This document shows, in pieces, positions 1-10,057 of a stretch of 64,000 nucleotides of DNA (position 1 is the first letter of the stretch; each line of letters starts with the position of its first letter). Under the pieces are notes generated by a model. That model did no database searches and had not been told where the DNA came from. It worked only from the letters and a program-made list of their open reading frames with translations. Source of the DNA: a virus. The translations under genes and the position numbers were made by a program. The stretch covers positions 8,556-72,555 of IMG/VR virus record IMGVR_UViG_3300007734_000751; one strand, 5' to 3'.

Positions 1-2
1 CC

Positions 3-290
3 ACGGTTGACGCTCTGCCGGTTTCCGGCGCGGCTGTCACGTTCCTCGGCGCTGCTTCTACGCAGTATCCACAGAACTTGATCTATCACCGCGACGCGAT
101 CACCTTCGCCACCGCCGACCTTCTGCTTCCGCAGGGCGTCGATATGGCAAGCCGTCAAGTTCACAATGGCATTTCGCTCCGCGTTGTTCGTCAGTATGAC
201 ATCAACAACGACCGTCTGCCTTGCCGTATTGACGTGCTCTATGGCTACAGCGTGATTCGTCCGCAGATGGCCGTTCGCCTTTGGGGCTAA
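3..290 (+). CDS. Major capsid (P22 coat-like) protein, C-terminal part truncated by window start
   Basis: Last ~70 aa match the C-terminus of 36736..37932 (RIDVLYGYSVIRPQMAVRLWG). Confidence 0.92.
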   Translation, partial: TVDALPVSGAAVTFLGAASTQYPQNLIYHRDAITFATADLLLPQGVDMASRQVHNGISLRVVRQYDINNDRLPCRIDVLYGYSVIRPQMAVRLWG

Positions 291-292
291 TA

Positions 293-314
293 GAGGGGGC
301 GAAAGCCCCTTCTT
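293..314 (+). terminator. Hairpin / putative intrinsic terminator after coat
   Basis: GGGGC-GAAA-GCCCC followed by TTCTT. Confidence 0.55.
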
Positions 315-341
315 ACATCTCATCTTTTGGAGTTCATTAAT

Positions 342-800
342 ATGGCTACAACTACTGCAAATGCGGCTTATCCGCTTGACTCGTTTGGCCCAACCCCCGC
401 CATTCCAAATGGCGATGGTGGCTATCAGCTCGGCGCAGGCAATCTTGTCGAAGCTAACATGCAAGTTGCTACCGTTACATCTGCTACCGGCGACATCACA
501 TTGACCGCCGCGCAGCTTCTTGGCGGTATCATTTCTTGCAATAAGGGCAGCGACGCCGCTCTTACGGTTACGACGCCTACGGCTGCGTTGATCGACACGG
601 GTTTGCCTAGCGCAAAAGTCGGGTCTACTTTTGAAGTAACGATCACCAACAACAATAACAGCGGCGCTTCGTCTACTGTTACGTTCTCAGGTGGCACAGG
701 CGTTACCGTCGTCGGCTCTGGCACTGTTGCTCGGTATGGCGGATCAACGTATCGTTTTATCAAAACGGGCACCGCTGCATACTCAGCTTACCTGAAATAA
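342..800 (+). CDS. Putative capsid cement/decoration protein (Thr/Gly-rich)
   Basis: Directly after coat; GGAG RBS; homologue at 37985..38440. Confidence 0.65.
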   Translation: MATTTANAAYPLDSFGPTPAIPNGDGGYQLGAGNLVEANMQVATVTSATGDITLTAAQLLGGIISCNKGSDAALTVTTPTAALIDTGLPSAKVGSTFEVTITNNNNSGASSTVTFSGGTGVTVVGSGTVARYGGSTYRFIKTGTAAYSAYLK

Positions 801-802
801 TA

Positions 803-830
803 AGGTGGGCTTCGGCCCGCCTTTCTCTTT
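803..830 (+). terminator. Intrinsic terminator
   Basis: AGGTGGGC-TTCG-GCCCGCCT plus T-rich tail. Confidence 0.7.
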
Positions 831-845
831 CCAGAGGGTATTTCC

Positions 846-1316
846 ATGCCAAACACCAAACCAGTTGGTGTTGCTTTTTCTGATCCTGAACTCGTCGCTG
901 GCACAACCATCACGGGCGCAACGATCAGCGGCGGCACCGTTTCTAGCGCTACATCAGTTAGCGCCACTTCTGTTAGCGCAGGCGATCTCACCACAACAGG
1001 CGGTCTTTATCTGAAGACGGCTACTGTGGCGGCTACTGGCTCGACACAAGCCGACGCGGCTTCAGTGTCGGACGGTCTTACGCTTGTAACAGCGGCAGAC
1101 GGCACTAAAGGCATTAAACTTCCTGCGGCGGTTGCTGGCCGCACGGTCATCTTAAAAAATGGCGCAGCCGCTATTTTAAAAGTATGGCCTGCTTCGGGCG
1201 ACGGCATCAACGCAATCACGGTTGATTCCAACTATGTGCTTGCAGCCAATACCTCTTCGTTGCTCATCGCTTATGATGCGACGACCTGGTATTCTGTCCC
1301 GCTGCTTGCTTCTTAA
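846..1316 (+). CDS. Putative virion decoration protein, variant A
   Basis: N-terminal MPNTKxVGVAFSDPEL shared with 38483..38755; remainder unrelated. Confidence 0.65.
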   Translation: MPNTKPVGVAFSDPELVAGTTITGATISGGTVSSATSVSATSVSAGDLTTTGGLYLKTATVAATGSTQADAASVSDGLTLVTAADGTKGIKLPAAVAGRTVILKNGAAAILKVWPASGDGINAITVDSNYVLAANTSSLLIAYDATTWYSVPLLAS

Positions 1317-1321
1317 TATAT

Positions 1322-1349
1322 AGCGGCCTACGGGCCGCTGTATTTCTTT
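1322..1349 (+). terminator. Hairpin / terminator
   Basis: AGCGGCC-TACG-GGCCGCT; equivalent at 38762-38781. Confidence 0.55.
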
Positions 1350-1361
1350 AGAAAGTAACCA

Positions 1362-1565
1362 ATGGCTGTTATTTATTTGAAACACCCCGAACATGGGGTT
1401 AAAGTGGCGTGTCTCGACCTAGAGGCCGAAGCCGACGAAGAGAACGGCTGGATAAGGTTCGACCCAGATGACGACATACAGTGCATACGACCAGATTTGC
1501 GGAGCGTTGAGGCTCCTAGGAGTGTTAGCCGAAGGCGAAACGCCCTCGTCAGAAACAGCGAATGA
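1362..1565 (+). CDS. Small conserved phage protein overlapping the next gene by 98 nt
   Basis: Almost identical ORF at 38801..39004. Confidence 0.6.
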   Translation: MAVIYLKHPEHGVKVACLDLEAEADEENGWIRFDPDDDIQCIRPDLRSVEAPRSVSRRRNALVRNSE

Positions 1566-2184
1566 CGCGCTGTATGCGCTGAATCAAATGATCGACAGTT
1601 GGGACACTGAGCGTTTGGCGGTGTTTTCAACTAAAGATGATGTCTATCTTTGGCCTGCGGGTCAAATATCGCGCACTTATGGCCCTACCGGCGATGTGGT
1701 TGGCGAGCGCCCTGTCCTATTAGATGACTCAACCTATTTCCGCGATCCACAGACCAACGTGTCTTACGGGATCAAGTTTATCAATCAACAACAATATGAT
1801 GGCATTGCTGTTAAAACAGTAACGTCAACTTATCCACAGGTCATGTGGATAAATATGAGCTACCCAAATATTGAAATGTATGTTTACCCAGTGCCGTTGC
1901 GGTTGCTGGAATGGCATTTCATCTCCGTCGAACGGCTAACGCAGCCCGCGACGTTGGCGACTTCGATTCTCTTCCCGCCAGGTTATCTGCGCGCTTTCCG
2001 CTACAATCTAGCCTGCGAGTTAGCGCCTGAGTTTGGTATCGAGCCATCGCCGACGGTTAGCCGTATTGCTATGTATAGCAAGCGCGACTTAAAGCGTATC
2101 AATAATCCTGACGACATCATGGCTCTGCCTTACAGCATCGTCGGCACACGTCAGCGCTATAACATCTACGCGGGCAACTACTGA
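1468..2184 (+). CDS. Head-tail adaptor, P22 gp4-like
   Basis: Position before gp10-like gene; ALRLLGVL and YNLACELAPEFG motifs. Confidence 0.7.
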   Translation: MTTYSAYDQICGALRLLGVLAEGETPSSETANDALYALNQMIDSWDTERLAVFSTKDDVYLWPAGQISRTYGPTGDVVGERPVLLDDSTYFRDPQTNVSYGIKFINQQQYDGIAVKTVTSTYPQVMWINMSYPNIEMYVYPVPLRLLEWHFISVERLTQPATLATSILFPPGYLRAFRYNLACELAPEFGIEPSPTVSRIAMYSKRDLKRINNPDDIMALPYSIVGTRQRYNIYAGNY

Positions 2185-3962
2185 TGAAGACGCCGATCTT
2201 AGGCAGCTCGTATGTAACCAGAAGCCCAAACGCGGCGGACAGCCGCATGGTCAATCTCTTCCCAGAGGTTATACCAGAAGGCGGCAAAGAAGCCGCTTGG
2301 CTTCAACGAGCGCCAGGACTGCGGTATCTTCAAACATTAGGCGCTGGGCCAGTTCGCGGGCTTTGGACGTTTTACAGCGACGCTATAGCCCCTGCCCCTG
2401 GCGAACCTACTAAAGTAAATTATGGCTATGCTATTTCGGCTAAAAAATTATACCGTATTGACTCTGAATTTAACGCTACGGAAATAGGAACTATTGAAGG
2501 CACTACGCAAGTAAATATGACCGATAATGGTCGTCAGATGTTTATTGCCGCCGATACTTATGGATATATCTATAATAGCACGTATCAAACGCTAGTTTGC
2601 AATACCACTAATACAAGCACAACAGTTGTTACCACAGACACAGCTTATGTTTACCCTGGGCAACCAGTTTCAGGCACAGGCATACCAACCGGCGCAACGG
2701 TTGCTAGTGTTACGGACGCGACGCATTTTGTATTGTCTGCCGCTGCAACTGCCACCAATACAGGCGTTACGTTAACATTTACGCCTTTTCTTACGCAGCT
2801 CACAACGCCTTTTGAAGGCGCGGTTGGGTGTGGATTTCTCGACGGTTGGTTCGTGTTTAATCAACCAAACAGTCAGATCTTTTGGGTTATGGATTCTACT
2901 GGCACAACGATTGATCCGTTGTATTTTGCCAGCGCGGAAGGCTCGCCTGACAATCTTGTCACACTGATTGTCGATCACCGCGAGATCTGGCTATTTGGAA
3001 CTAATTCCGTCGAAGTCTGGTATGACGCTGGTCTTCCTGACTTTCCTATGGCGCGCATCCAAGGCGCGTTTAATGAAATCGGTTGTCTTGCCGCCTACTC
3101 AGTTGCCAAGCTCGACAACGGTTTGTTCTGGCTCGGCGCTGACGCGCGCGGTAATGGTATCGTCTACCGCTCAAAAGGCTATAGCGGCGAGCGTGTTTCT
3201 ACCCATGCGGTTGAATGGCAGATCCAACAATACGCTAACCTGTCTGATGCGGTCGGTTATACTTATCAACAGGACGGCCACAGCTTCTATGTCCTAAACT
3301 TTCCGACCGCCAACACGACATGGGTTTATGACGTGGCGACGGGCGCATGGCATGAACGCGCTGGTTGGGAAAATGACACTTACACGCGGACACGCGGCAA
3401 CTGCCAAATGAATTTCAATAATGAAATTGTCATCGGCGATTACCGCACAGGCGAGCTTTATGCCTATGATTTAAATGTATATTCAGAAGCCGGAACACGT
3501 CAAAAGTGGTTACGGTCATGGCGCGCGCTGCCGACAGGCCAGAACGATCTGAACCGCACAGCGCAGCATAGTCTTCAGTTAGATTGTCAAGCGGGCGTCG
3601 GTCTTCCAGGCTACAGCCAAGAGGAAGTCAATGACATTATTTATATTTATGATCGCGCACATGATTATATTCTTGACCGCGCTGGATCTCCTTTAAAAAT
3701 TCGCGATTACGCCAATTATCAGATTACAGTTGGCGCTAATCCACAAGTCATGTTGCGTTGGTCTGATGATGGCGGTCACACTTGGTCAAATGAGCATTGG
3801 AAGTCTATGGGTCAGATCGGCCAGACTGGCTACCGCACGATTTGGCGTCGGCTTGGCATGACATTAAAACTTCGCGATAGAGTATATGAGATCTCCGGCA
3901 CCGACCCCGTAAAGATCGCTATTATGGGGGCCGAGTTGCATGTGAGTCCGACCAATGCCTAA
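2184..3962 (+). CDS. Tail hub / packaged-DNA stabilisation protein, P22 gp10-like
   Basis: AEGSPD, TWVYDVATGAWHER and MLRWSDDGGHTWS motifs. Confidence 0.85.
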   Translation: MKTPILGSSYVTRSPNAADSRMVNLFPEVIPEGGKEAAWLQRAPGLRYLQTLGAGPVRGLWTFYSDAIAPAPGEPTKVNYGYAISAKKLYRIDSEFNATEIGTIEGTTQVNMTDNGRQMFIAADTYGYIYNSTYQTLVCNTTNTSTTVVTTDTAYVYPGQPVSGTGIPTGATVASVTDATHFVLSAAATATNTGVTLTFTPFLTQLTTPFEGAVGCGFLDGWFVFNQPNSQIFWVMDSTGTTIDPLYFASAEGSPDNLVTLIVDHREIWLFGTNSVEVWYDAGLPDFPMARIQGAFNEIGCLAAYSVAKLDNGLFWLGADARGNGIVYRSKGYSGERVSTHAVEWQIQQYANLSDAVGYTYQQDGHSFYVLNFPTANTTWVYDVATGAWHERAGWENDTYTRTRGNCQMNFNNEIVIGDYRTGELYAYDLNVYSEAGTRQKWLRSWRALPTGQNDLNRTAQHSLQLDCQAGVGLPGYSQEEVNDIIYIYDRAHDYILDRAGSPLKIRDYANYQITVGANPQVMLRWSDDGGHTWSNEHWKSMGQIGQTGYRTIWRRLGMTLKLRDRVYEISGTDPVKIAIMGAELHVSPTNA

Positions 3963-4560
3963 TTATGTCGATAACAACACACAAATTCCTGCCGCTCGCG
4001 TTAAAATGAACGACGATTTGACAGGGTTTGTTAATCGACCTTGGTATCGTTGGTTTTTTAATATGTATCAAGCTCTTGAAGCAGGGCGACGATACGGATC
4101 TTTTTATAGCACGGCGACGCAAACAGCGGCTGCGGCGAATACCGCCTACGCCATGACCTACAACGCCACGACTAAGAATAACCAAGGCACTGATCTTACT
4201 TACGGCGTCTATATTGGCACACCAATATCCCGCGTTTATGTAGATAATACAGCTACTTATAACATACAATTTTCCGCGCAATTTGTTAGCACTAACGCCG
4301 CGTCTAAGAACGTAACAATATGGCCTGCTATTAATGGCACGGCGGTTACAGCCTCTGCTACGCAGATTACAATGTCTGGTTCTAGCGGTGCCTATGTTGC
4401 TGCGTGGAATTTTCTGCTAAACCTTAACTCCGGCGATTATTTTGAGTTATATTGGGAAACGACCAATACTAACGTCTCAATTTATGCCGCCGCCGCGTCG
4501 GGGCATATCCCCGCTATTCCTTCGGTCATCCTGACCGTAACAAGTTGTGTAGGTGTTTAA
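3955..4560 (+). CDS. Tail protein (gp26-like position) with C-terminal beta-sandwich
   Basis: RPWYRWF N-terminal motif; YNIQFSAQF and LNSGDYFELYW; homologue at 41394. Confidence 0.55.
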   Translation: MPNYVDNNTQIPAARVKMNDDLTGFVNRPWYRWFFNMYQALEAGRRYGSFYSTATQTAAAANTAYAMTYNATTKNNQGTDLTYGVYIGTPISRVYVDNTATYNIQFSAQFVSTNAASKNVTIWPAINGTAVTASATQITMSGSSGAYVAAWNFLLNLNSGDYFELYWETTNTNVSIYAAAASGHIPAIPSVILTVTSCVGV

Positions 4561-5757
4561 ATGACCGTTGTATCGCCCACAGCCAAAGCTCAATTTATAG
4601 ACGCGGCTGGCGTCCCGCTTAATGGCGGTCTTCTCTATACCTACGCCGCTGGCACGACTACACCGCAAGCTACTTATACGGACTCAACGGGCGCGACAGC
4701 TAATAGCAACCCTATTGTTTTAGATTCGCGTGGCGAAGCCAACATTTGGCTTGGGTCATCTACCTATAAATTCAAACTTTGCGATTCAACTAATACTGAG
4801 ATTTGGACAGTTGATAACGTATCCGCACCAACAACGGCGCTGTCGCCGGTCTTGTCTGGTAACGTCACGATTGACTCTGACTCGGCAGGAACAGCGTTAA
4901 CGATTACTCAGACAGGCTCTGGCCCTGTTCTTAGAGTTCAAGATTCGGTGGATCCTGACGCCACGCCATTTATCATTGATACAACTGGTCAAGTTGGTAT
5001 TGGAACGGCGACACCGGCAAATGCCCTTGATATTGCAGGCGGCACATTTCAGATTTCATCTTCGGCAGGAACATCGCGCACGACTATATCGGCGGACGCT
5101 ACGGATTCAATTTTTGCTGTCACTAATGACCGTAATTTTACAATTAAAACTAATACGGCGACCCGATTAACTATTAATTCTACCGATGCTACGTCTACTG
5201 TTCCTATAGTATTACCCGCTGCCCCAACAACAACTCTTCAAGCGGCTACTAAAGGATATGTTGACGGATTAACTGGCTCACCTTCAGGTATTATCGCACC
5301 TTTTGCCGGAACAACAGCGCCGTCAGGCTGGTTAGCTTGTGATGGTTCTGCGGTATCTCGGACAACTTATGCTACTCTTTTTGCCGCTATTGGCACGACG
5401 TGGGGCGCAGGTAACGGCACGACTACGTTTAACGTGCCTGACCTTCGCGGTATGTTTCTTCGCGGTACAGGCACTAACGCGACTGGATCGTCAAGCGGCG
5501 CTGTTGGCCCATCAGTCGGCACCTATGCGGCAGATACATATCTAAACCATACGCATACAGATAGCGGTCATACGCATACGATAAATATTGGTAATAGTGG
5601 ACTTACTTGGAATACCACAGCTACTTCAGGATCTGTCGTATTCCCTGGTTATTCTACCACTACAGCTACTGGCACCGCCAATATTCAAACATCCACGACC
5701 GGCGGCACGGAAACAAAGCCAAAGAACTATGGCGTGCTATACATCATCAAGACCTAG
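4561..5757 (+). CDS. Tail fibre with phage tail collar domain
   Basis: N-terminal NPIVLDSRGEA; collar motif FAGTTAPSGWLACDG...FNVPDLRGMFLRG. Confidence 0.85.
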   Translation: MTVVSPTAKAQFIDAAGVPLNGGLLYTYAAGTTTPQATYTDSTGATANSNPIVLDSRGEANIWLGSSTYKFKLCDSTNTEIWTVDNVSAPTTALSPVLSGNVTIDSDSAGTALTITQTGSGPVLRVQDSVDPDATPFIIDTTGQVGIGTATPANALDIAGGTFQISSSAGTSRTTISADATDSIFAVTNDRNFTIKTNTATRLTINSTDATSTVPIVLPAAPTTTLQAATKGYVDGLTGSPSGIIAPFAGTTAPSGWLACDGSAVSRTTYATLFAAIGTTWGAGNGTTTFNVPDLRGMFLRGTGTNATGSSSGAVGPSVGTYAADTYLNHTHTDSGHTHTINIGNSGLTWNTTATSGSVVFPGYSTTTATGTANIQTSTTGGTETKPKNYGVLYIIKT

Positions 5758-5774
5758 TATTATAGTGAGGCATT

Positions 5775-6749
5775 ATGGATCCGTTCACACTAGCCCTTTT
5801 AGGTGGCTCCGCTTTAGCTTCAGGCGGTCTAAGCTACATGGGGTCAAAGCAAGCCGCTGGAGCGCAGCAACAGGCCGCGCAACAGTCGGGTATGCTTGGG
5901 CTATTAGCGCAGCAACAGGCTGCGGCTCAAGCTCAACGCATGGCCGAACAGGGCGCTGCGGCTGGGCGTGAGTATTATGATAAAGGCCGCGCGGATCTAC
6001 TAGCTCAAGGCAAACTCGGCGCAGATACGGCGCGCGATTTCTACGGCCAGGGCGTAGGCTTTCAAGAGCCATACATGGGCGCAGGAGCTGGAGCTACCAA
6101 TCAGCTCGCGTCGCTCTTTGGTCAAGGCGGCGCGTATACGCAACAGCCTACCTATGAACAACTCCAGATGGATCCTGGCTATGCCTTCCGGCAACAGCAA
6201 GGCGAGCAAGCGATGCTCAACGCCGCGCGGGGTGGTGGCCTAGCTGGATCGGGCGCTGCGTTAAAAGCTGCTACGCGGTATGGTCAAGAGGCTGGCAGTC
6301 AAGAATATACTAACGCCTATAATCGCTTTATGGCTAACCGCGCGCAGGCAGTTCAGGGTCTTCAGAATCTTGCAGGCACGGGCGCAGGCGCTGCGGGCAC
6401 AGCTTCACAACTCGCCGGTAGCATGGGCAACGCTCTGTCGGGTAATCAATTTAATGTTGGCTCTAACCTCGGCACGATGGCGTCAAACGCTGGTTCGACA
6501 GTCGCTGGTGCATACACCGGCGCGATCCCAACGATGGCGGCGCTTACATCAGCTAACCCATACGGGCAAGCGATGGAGAATGTCGGACAAGCTAGAGCTT
6601 CTGGCTATGTCGGCGGCACATCAGCCCTCAGTAACGCATTAAACAGCGGTATGGGTAATGCGCTGGCGTATAACATGATGAGTAGGTATGCGCCTCAAGG
6701 CCCAACAGGCTCATATCAATTTGGCGGTCAAAATGTCCCTTATTTTTAG
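5775..6749 (+). CDS. Ejection (DNA transfer) protein 1, P22 gp7-like
   Basis: Gly/Ala/Gln-rich; MDPFT start; DPGYAFR motif; position. Confidence 0.7.
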   Translation: MDPFTLALLGGSALASGGLSYMGSKQAAGAQQQAAQQSGMLGLLAQQQAAAQAQRMAEQGAAAGREYYDKGRADLLAQGKLGADTARDFYGQGVGFQEPYMGAGAGATNQLASLFGQGGAYTQQPTYEQLQMDPGYAFRQQQGEQAMLNAARGGGLAGSGAALKAATRYGQEAGSQEYTNAYNRFMANRAQAVQGLQNLAGTGAGAAGTASQLAGSMGNALSGNQFNVGSNLGTMASNAGSTVAGAYTGAIPTMAALTSANPYGQAMENVGQARASGYVGGTSALSNALNSGMGNALAYNMMSRYAPQGPTGSYQFGGQNVPYF

Positions 6750-6758
6750 GTGATTTAA

Positions 6759-8153
6759 ATGGTTGACTACACAATAGCTGCACGCGGCGCACAAGCTAAC
6801 GCAGCGCCTGACTTTGCAAATATGCTGGCGCAATACCAGATGATGGGCGCTCGCGCGCAACAGCAACAGCTTCAACAGCGTGAATTAGACCGTCAGAATC
6901 AATTGATTAGCCTATTAGGCGGCGCGGATATTAACTCGCCTGAAACTATTAACGCGCTTGCGAGAGCTGGGTATTTACCTGAGTCTATCAGCGTCATGGG
7001 CGCGCAACGCCAAGCGGAAGCGCAGCGGGCAGCGGCTGACGCACAGCGCGCTACCGCACTATATCATCAAGGTATGCTCGGCATAGCGCAGGCTAAACTT
7101 CCTTTTGAAGAGCGTAAACTAACGCAGGAAGCTCTTAAAGAAGAACGGCTTGCTGGCGAAGCGGAAACTAAAGCCGCCAAGACGCAGTTAGAGCGCGATG
7201 CAGAGATGTTTAAAACCGCTGAAAATACAGCGGCTAAGATCGTCATGGCTGGCGGCAAAGGCTATAAGCCTTTCTATGATAAATTACCCGATCCTTTGAA
7301 AAATGTATTGCGCCCTGACTACGACGAAGAGGCGTTGACAAACTTCACAACTCAGATGGCGACGTTCCAAGATCAAATTAAACGCCGCGATGAGTATGAG
7401 CTTAAAGAAAGAATTAATCCGGCTACAGGTCTTAAGGAAACAATCGCTATTCCTAAGTATCAGCCAGGAAAAGGCGCTACAGTTGTTCCTGGCAGCGCGG
7501 GCGGGATTGCGGATAAGTATAAATTTTTGGCTGGCCCTGAAGGAACAGGTACGGTCATTCGCACAAATGAAGCTGCGGGGACTGCCGAGTCCTTACCGCT
7601 TACCAGCGGCGGTATCCCCGCACCGCGTGTTCAAGCTACGCCAGAAGGCAAATTAACGCCGCGCGTTGATATGGCCGCGCCTCCTGGCGCTCCGGCTAAT
7701 GTGCCTGAACCTGTGCCTGGAACGCCTGAATTTACTAACCGTCGGTTTGCTAATCAAGTATTTAAAGATATCGAATACAATCCTAAGACAGGGGATGATC
7801 GGCTATCTACGTTAATTAAGAAATCTACTAGCGGCGGTCTTGAAGCGGCGGCGTCTGGCGTCAGCGGATTCTTTGGTCGATCTACGACGGGCGCTAAAGC
7901 TATTGCTCAGATCGGGACGCTTGTTAACGATATTGTCTTGGAAAGAATGAACGGCAAGTTAGGCGCTGGCGTATCTAACGAAGATCGTGAGTTCTTTAAA
8001 TCCTTGCAAGGTAATCTCGACAATCCGTCGATTCCTGTCGAAACACGATTGGCAGCATGGAATGAAGCCAAACGACGCATGGCAAAATATGCGGGCGACG
8101 CTGGTGCCGCACCAAAAGCAGGCGGCATTATTGACTTTGGGGATCTGAAATAA
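6759..8153 (+). CDS. Ejection protein 2 (gp20-like position)
   Basis: Gln/Ala-rich helical protein; GAGVSNEDREF motif; homologue at 44209. Confidence 0.65.
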   Translation: MVDYTIAARGAQANAAPDFANMLAQYQMMGARAQQQQLQQRELDRQNQLISLLGGADINSPETINALARAGYLPESISVMGAQRQAEAQRAAADAQRATALYHQGMLGIAQAKLPFEERKLTQEALKEERLAGEAETKAAKTQLERDAEMFKTAENTAAKIVMAGGKGYKPFYDKLPDPLKNVLRPDYDEEALTNFTTQMATFQDQIKRRDEYELKERINPATGLKETIAIPKYQPGKGATVVPGSAGGIADKYKFLAGPEGTGTVIRTNEAAGTAESLPLTSGGIPAPRVQATPEGKLTPRVDMAAPPGAPANVPEPVPGTPEFTNRRFANQVFKDIEYNPKTGDDRLSTLIKKSTSGGLEAAASGVSGFFGRSTTGAKAIAQIGTLVNDIVLERMNGKLGAGVSNEDREFFKSLQGNLDNPSIPVETRLAAWNEAKRRMAKYAGDAGAAPKAGGIIDFGDLK

Positions 8154-10057
8154 TGGATGTTCGGCTCCCTGACGGCACAGTCATAAAAAATGTTCCTGAA
8201 GGAACAACCAAAGCGCAGCTTGTAGAAAAGCTGAAAGCTAATGGGTATGACATTGGCGCGCTTGAAGCCAAGCCATCCGAGCCTCAAGAGATCGTTACGA
8301 CGCCGCAAAAGATAGCGGGCTATCTTGGCGAAACGATTGGAAATATCCCCGCGAGCACACTTAATCTCGCGCAAGGCGTTTACGAGACTGCGACGCACCC
8401 ACTTCAGACAGCGGAAGCATTAGGACAGGCTGCGATGAGTCCTGTCCAGACGGCTAAAGCTATTGGTGGATATTTTGGCGAACGCTATGCGTCGCCGTTA
8501 GAGACATTCAAGCAAGATCCTGTCGGCGTTTTATCTGACATATCCGCTATCGCAGGTGGTGTCGGAGCTGGCGCGCGTTTAGCCGGCAAAGGCCCATTAG
8601 CGCAGGGCGCTATGAAATTAGCGCAACAAACCGCACCTTCAAATGTTTTAGCGGGCATGGTGCAGGCTCCTTTTAACGCCGCCGCGCCTACTTACGAGTT
8701 CGCGCGTAACATGATGGCTCCTAAGTATGCAGCCTACATGGCGGCGACTGAGGGCAGAACGCCTGAAATTATCTCGGCGCTTCGCAGCCCACAAGCTCAG
8801 ATTGTTCCTGGCGCTATGCCTACGGCGGCTCAAGCCGCTGCGCCTGTTGGTGCGGCTAAGTTCCAGGCTCTCGGCGCTACAGCCGCCGAGACAATGCCAT
8901 CTGAATATATGCAACGTGCTCAAGAGCAAGGCGCGGCGCGGCTAAAAGCTTTAAGAACTGTAGCTGGATCTGAGCGCACGCTAGAAGCGGCTAAAGAAGG
9001 CCGGTCTAAAGAAGCTGCGTATCTTTACGGAAAAGCAGATAAGATGCTTGTGCCTGAAGATAAGAAATTAGCTGAGTTACTCACACGTCCTTCGATGGAC
9101 AAAGCGCTTGCTCGCGCTGAAGAGTTAGCCGCAGAGCGCGGCCATACCTTCCAGCTTGGCGAGACTAAACCTGCTACGACTGTAGAGTCCGCTATCGTCG
9201 ATGAGTATGGTAACCCGATCAAGCGCACGATTCCTGCGACAACCGCTAAGTATCCTGTTAGCAGCTTGCACGCGCTCAAGATGTCTATGGACGATCTTAT
9301 ACGCAATCCAGAACGCTTTGGCATCGGCGCATCTGAAGCCGCTGCTATAGGTAACACGCGTAAGCAATTAATTAGCTGGATCAAACAAAAATCACCGCTG
9401 TATGAACAAGCGCGCGGACAATTCGCAAAACGTAGCGGCCCGATCAATCAAATGGAGATCGGCCAATATCTTGAAAGCAAATTGCTGGCACCGTTGAGCG
9501 AAGAAGCGCCGCAACGCGCAGGTGTGTTTGCGACGGCTGTTGAGGCTGCACCGCGCACGATCAAACAAGCGCTTGAAGGTGGTGGGCCTCGGTTTGAGAA
9601 ACTGTCTCAGGTTTTAACGCCCGCACAAGTAAAAGCTATTGAGAATATCCAAGCTGACTTAGCGCGCGAGGCGCAAGCAGATCGTATGGCGCGTGTGGCT
9701 AGAGAAGCTGCGCCTGACGCGACTGAAATAACCAAAGGTGTGTTGCCGCGTGCTCCTAACTGGATGAACCGCATCACATCGACCGTCAATAAAATAATGG
9801 ATAAATCGCAGGGCGCGCTTGATCGTAAATATGCGCTTGAGATCGCAACTGAGATGTTGGATCCCGAACAGACTGCAAAGGTTCTTGAAGCCGCTGTGGC
9901 GTATGCGGAAAAGACTAAAAAGACCGCAGAAAAGATAAAAGGCATGGGCGCAGGTGTAAAAGACACTGTGCAGAAACTTGGCCCCGCGATCTCTGGAGCT
10001 GTGACCGTTCAGAACGTGATGCGCCGGAGAGACAACCAGAACGCGATGGCAAGATAA
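8153..10057 (+). CDS. Ejection protein 3 (gp16-like position)
   Basis: Large Ala-rich helical protein closing the tail module; homologue at 45621. Confidence 0.65.
   Translation: MDVRLPDGTVIKNVPEGTTKAQLVEKLKANGYDIGALEAKPSEPQEIVTTPQKIAGYLGETIGNIPASTLNLAQGVYETATHPLQTAEALGQAAMSPVQTAKAIGGYFGERYASPLETFKQDPVGVLSDISAIAGGVGAGARLAGKGPLAQGAMKLAQQTAPSNVLAGMVQAPFNAAAPTYEFARNMMAPKYAAYMAATEGRTPEIISALRSPQAQIVPGAMPTAAQAAAPVGAAKFQALGATAAETMPSEYMQRAQEQGAARLKALRTVAGSERTLEAAKEGRSKEAAYLYGKADKMLVPEDKKLAELLTRPSMDKALARAEELAAERGHTFQLGETKPATTVESAIVDEYGNPIKRTIPATTAKYPVSSLHALKMSMDDLIRNPERFGIGASEAAAIGNTRKQLISWIKQKSPLYEQARGQFAKRSGPINQMEIGQYLESKLLAPLSEEAPQRAGVFATAVEAAPRTIKQALEGGGPRFEKLSQVLTPAQVKAIENIQADLAREAQADRMARVAREAAPDATEITKGVLPRAPNWMNRITSTVNKIMDKSQGALDRKYALEIATEMLDPEQTAKVLEAAVAYAEKTKKTAEKIKGMGAGVKDTVQKLGPAISGAVTVQNVMRRRDNQNAMAR

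Noticed and set aside
805-820. Same GTGGGCTTCGGCCCGC hairpin after different genes in A (805) and B (37937)
   Set aside because: Common UUCG terminator type; too short to support a rearrangement claim
4561-5757. Diversity-generating retroelement or invertase acting on the variable fibre tip
   Set aside because: No reverse transcriptase, template repeat or invertase seen; A/B differences include indels and are not adenine-specific
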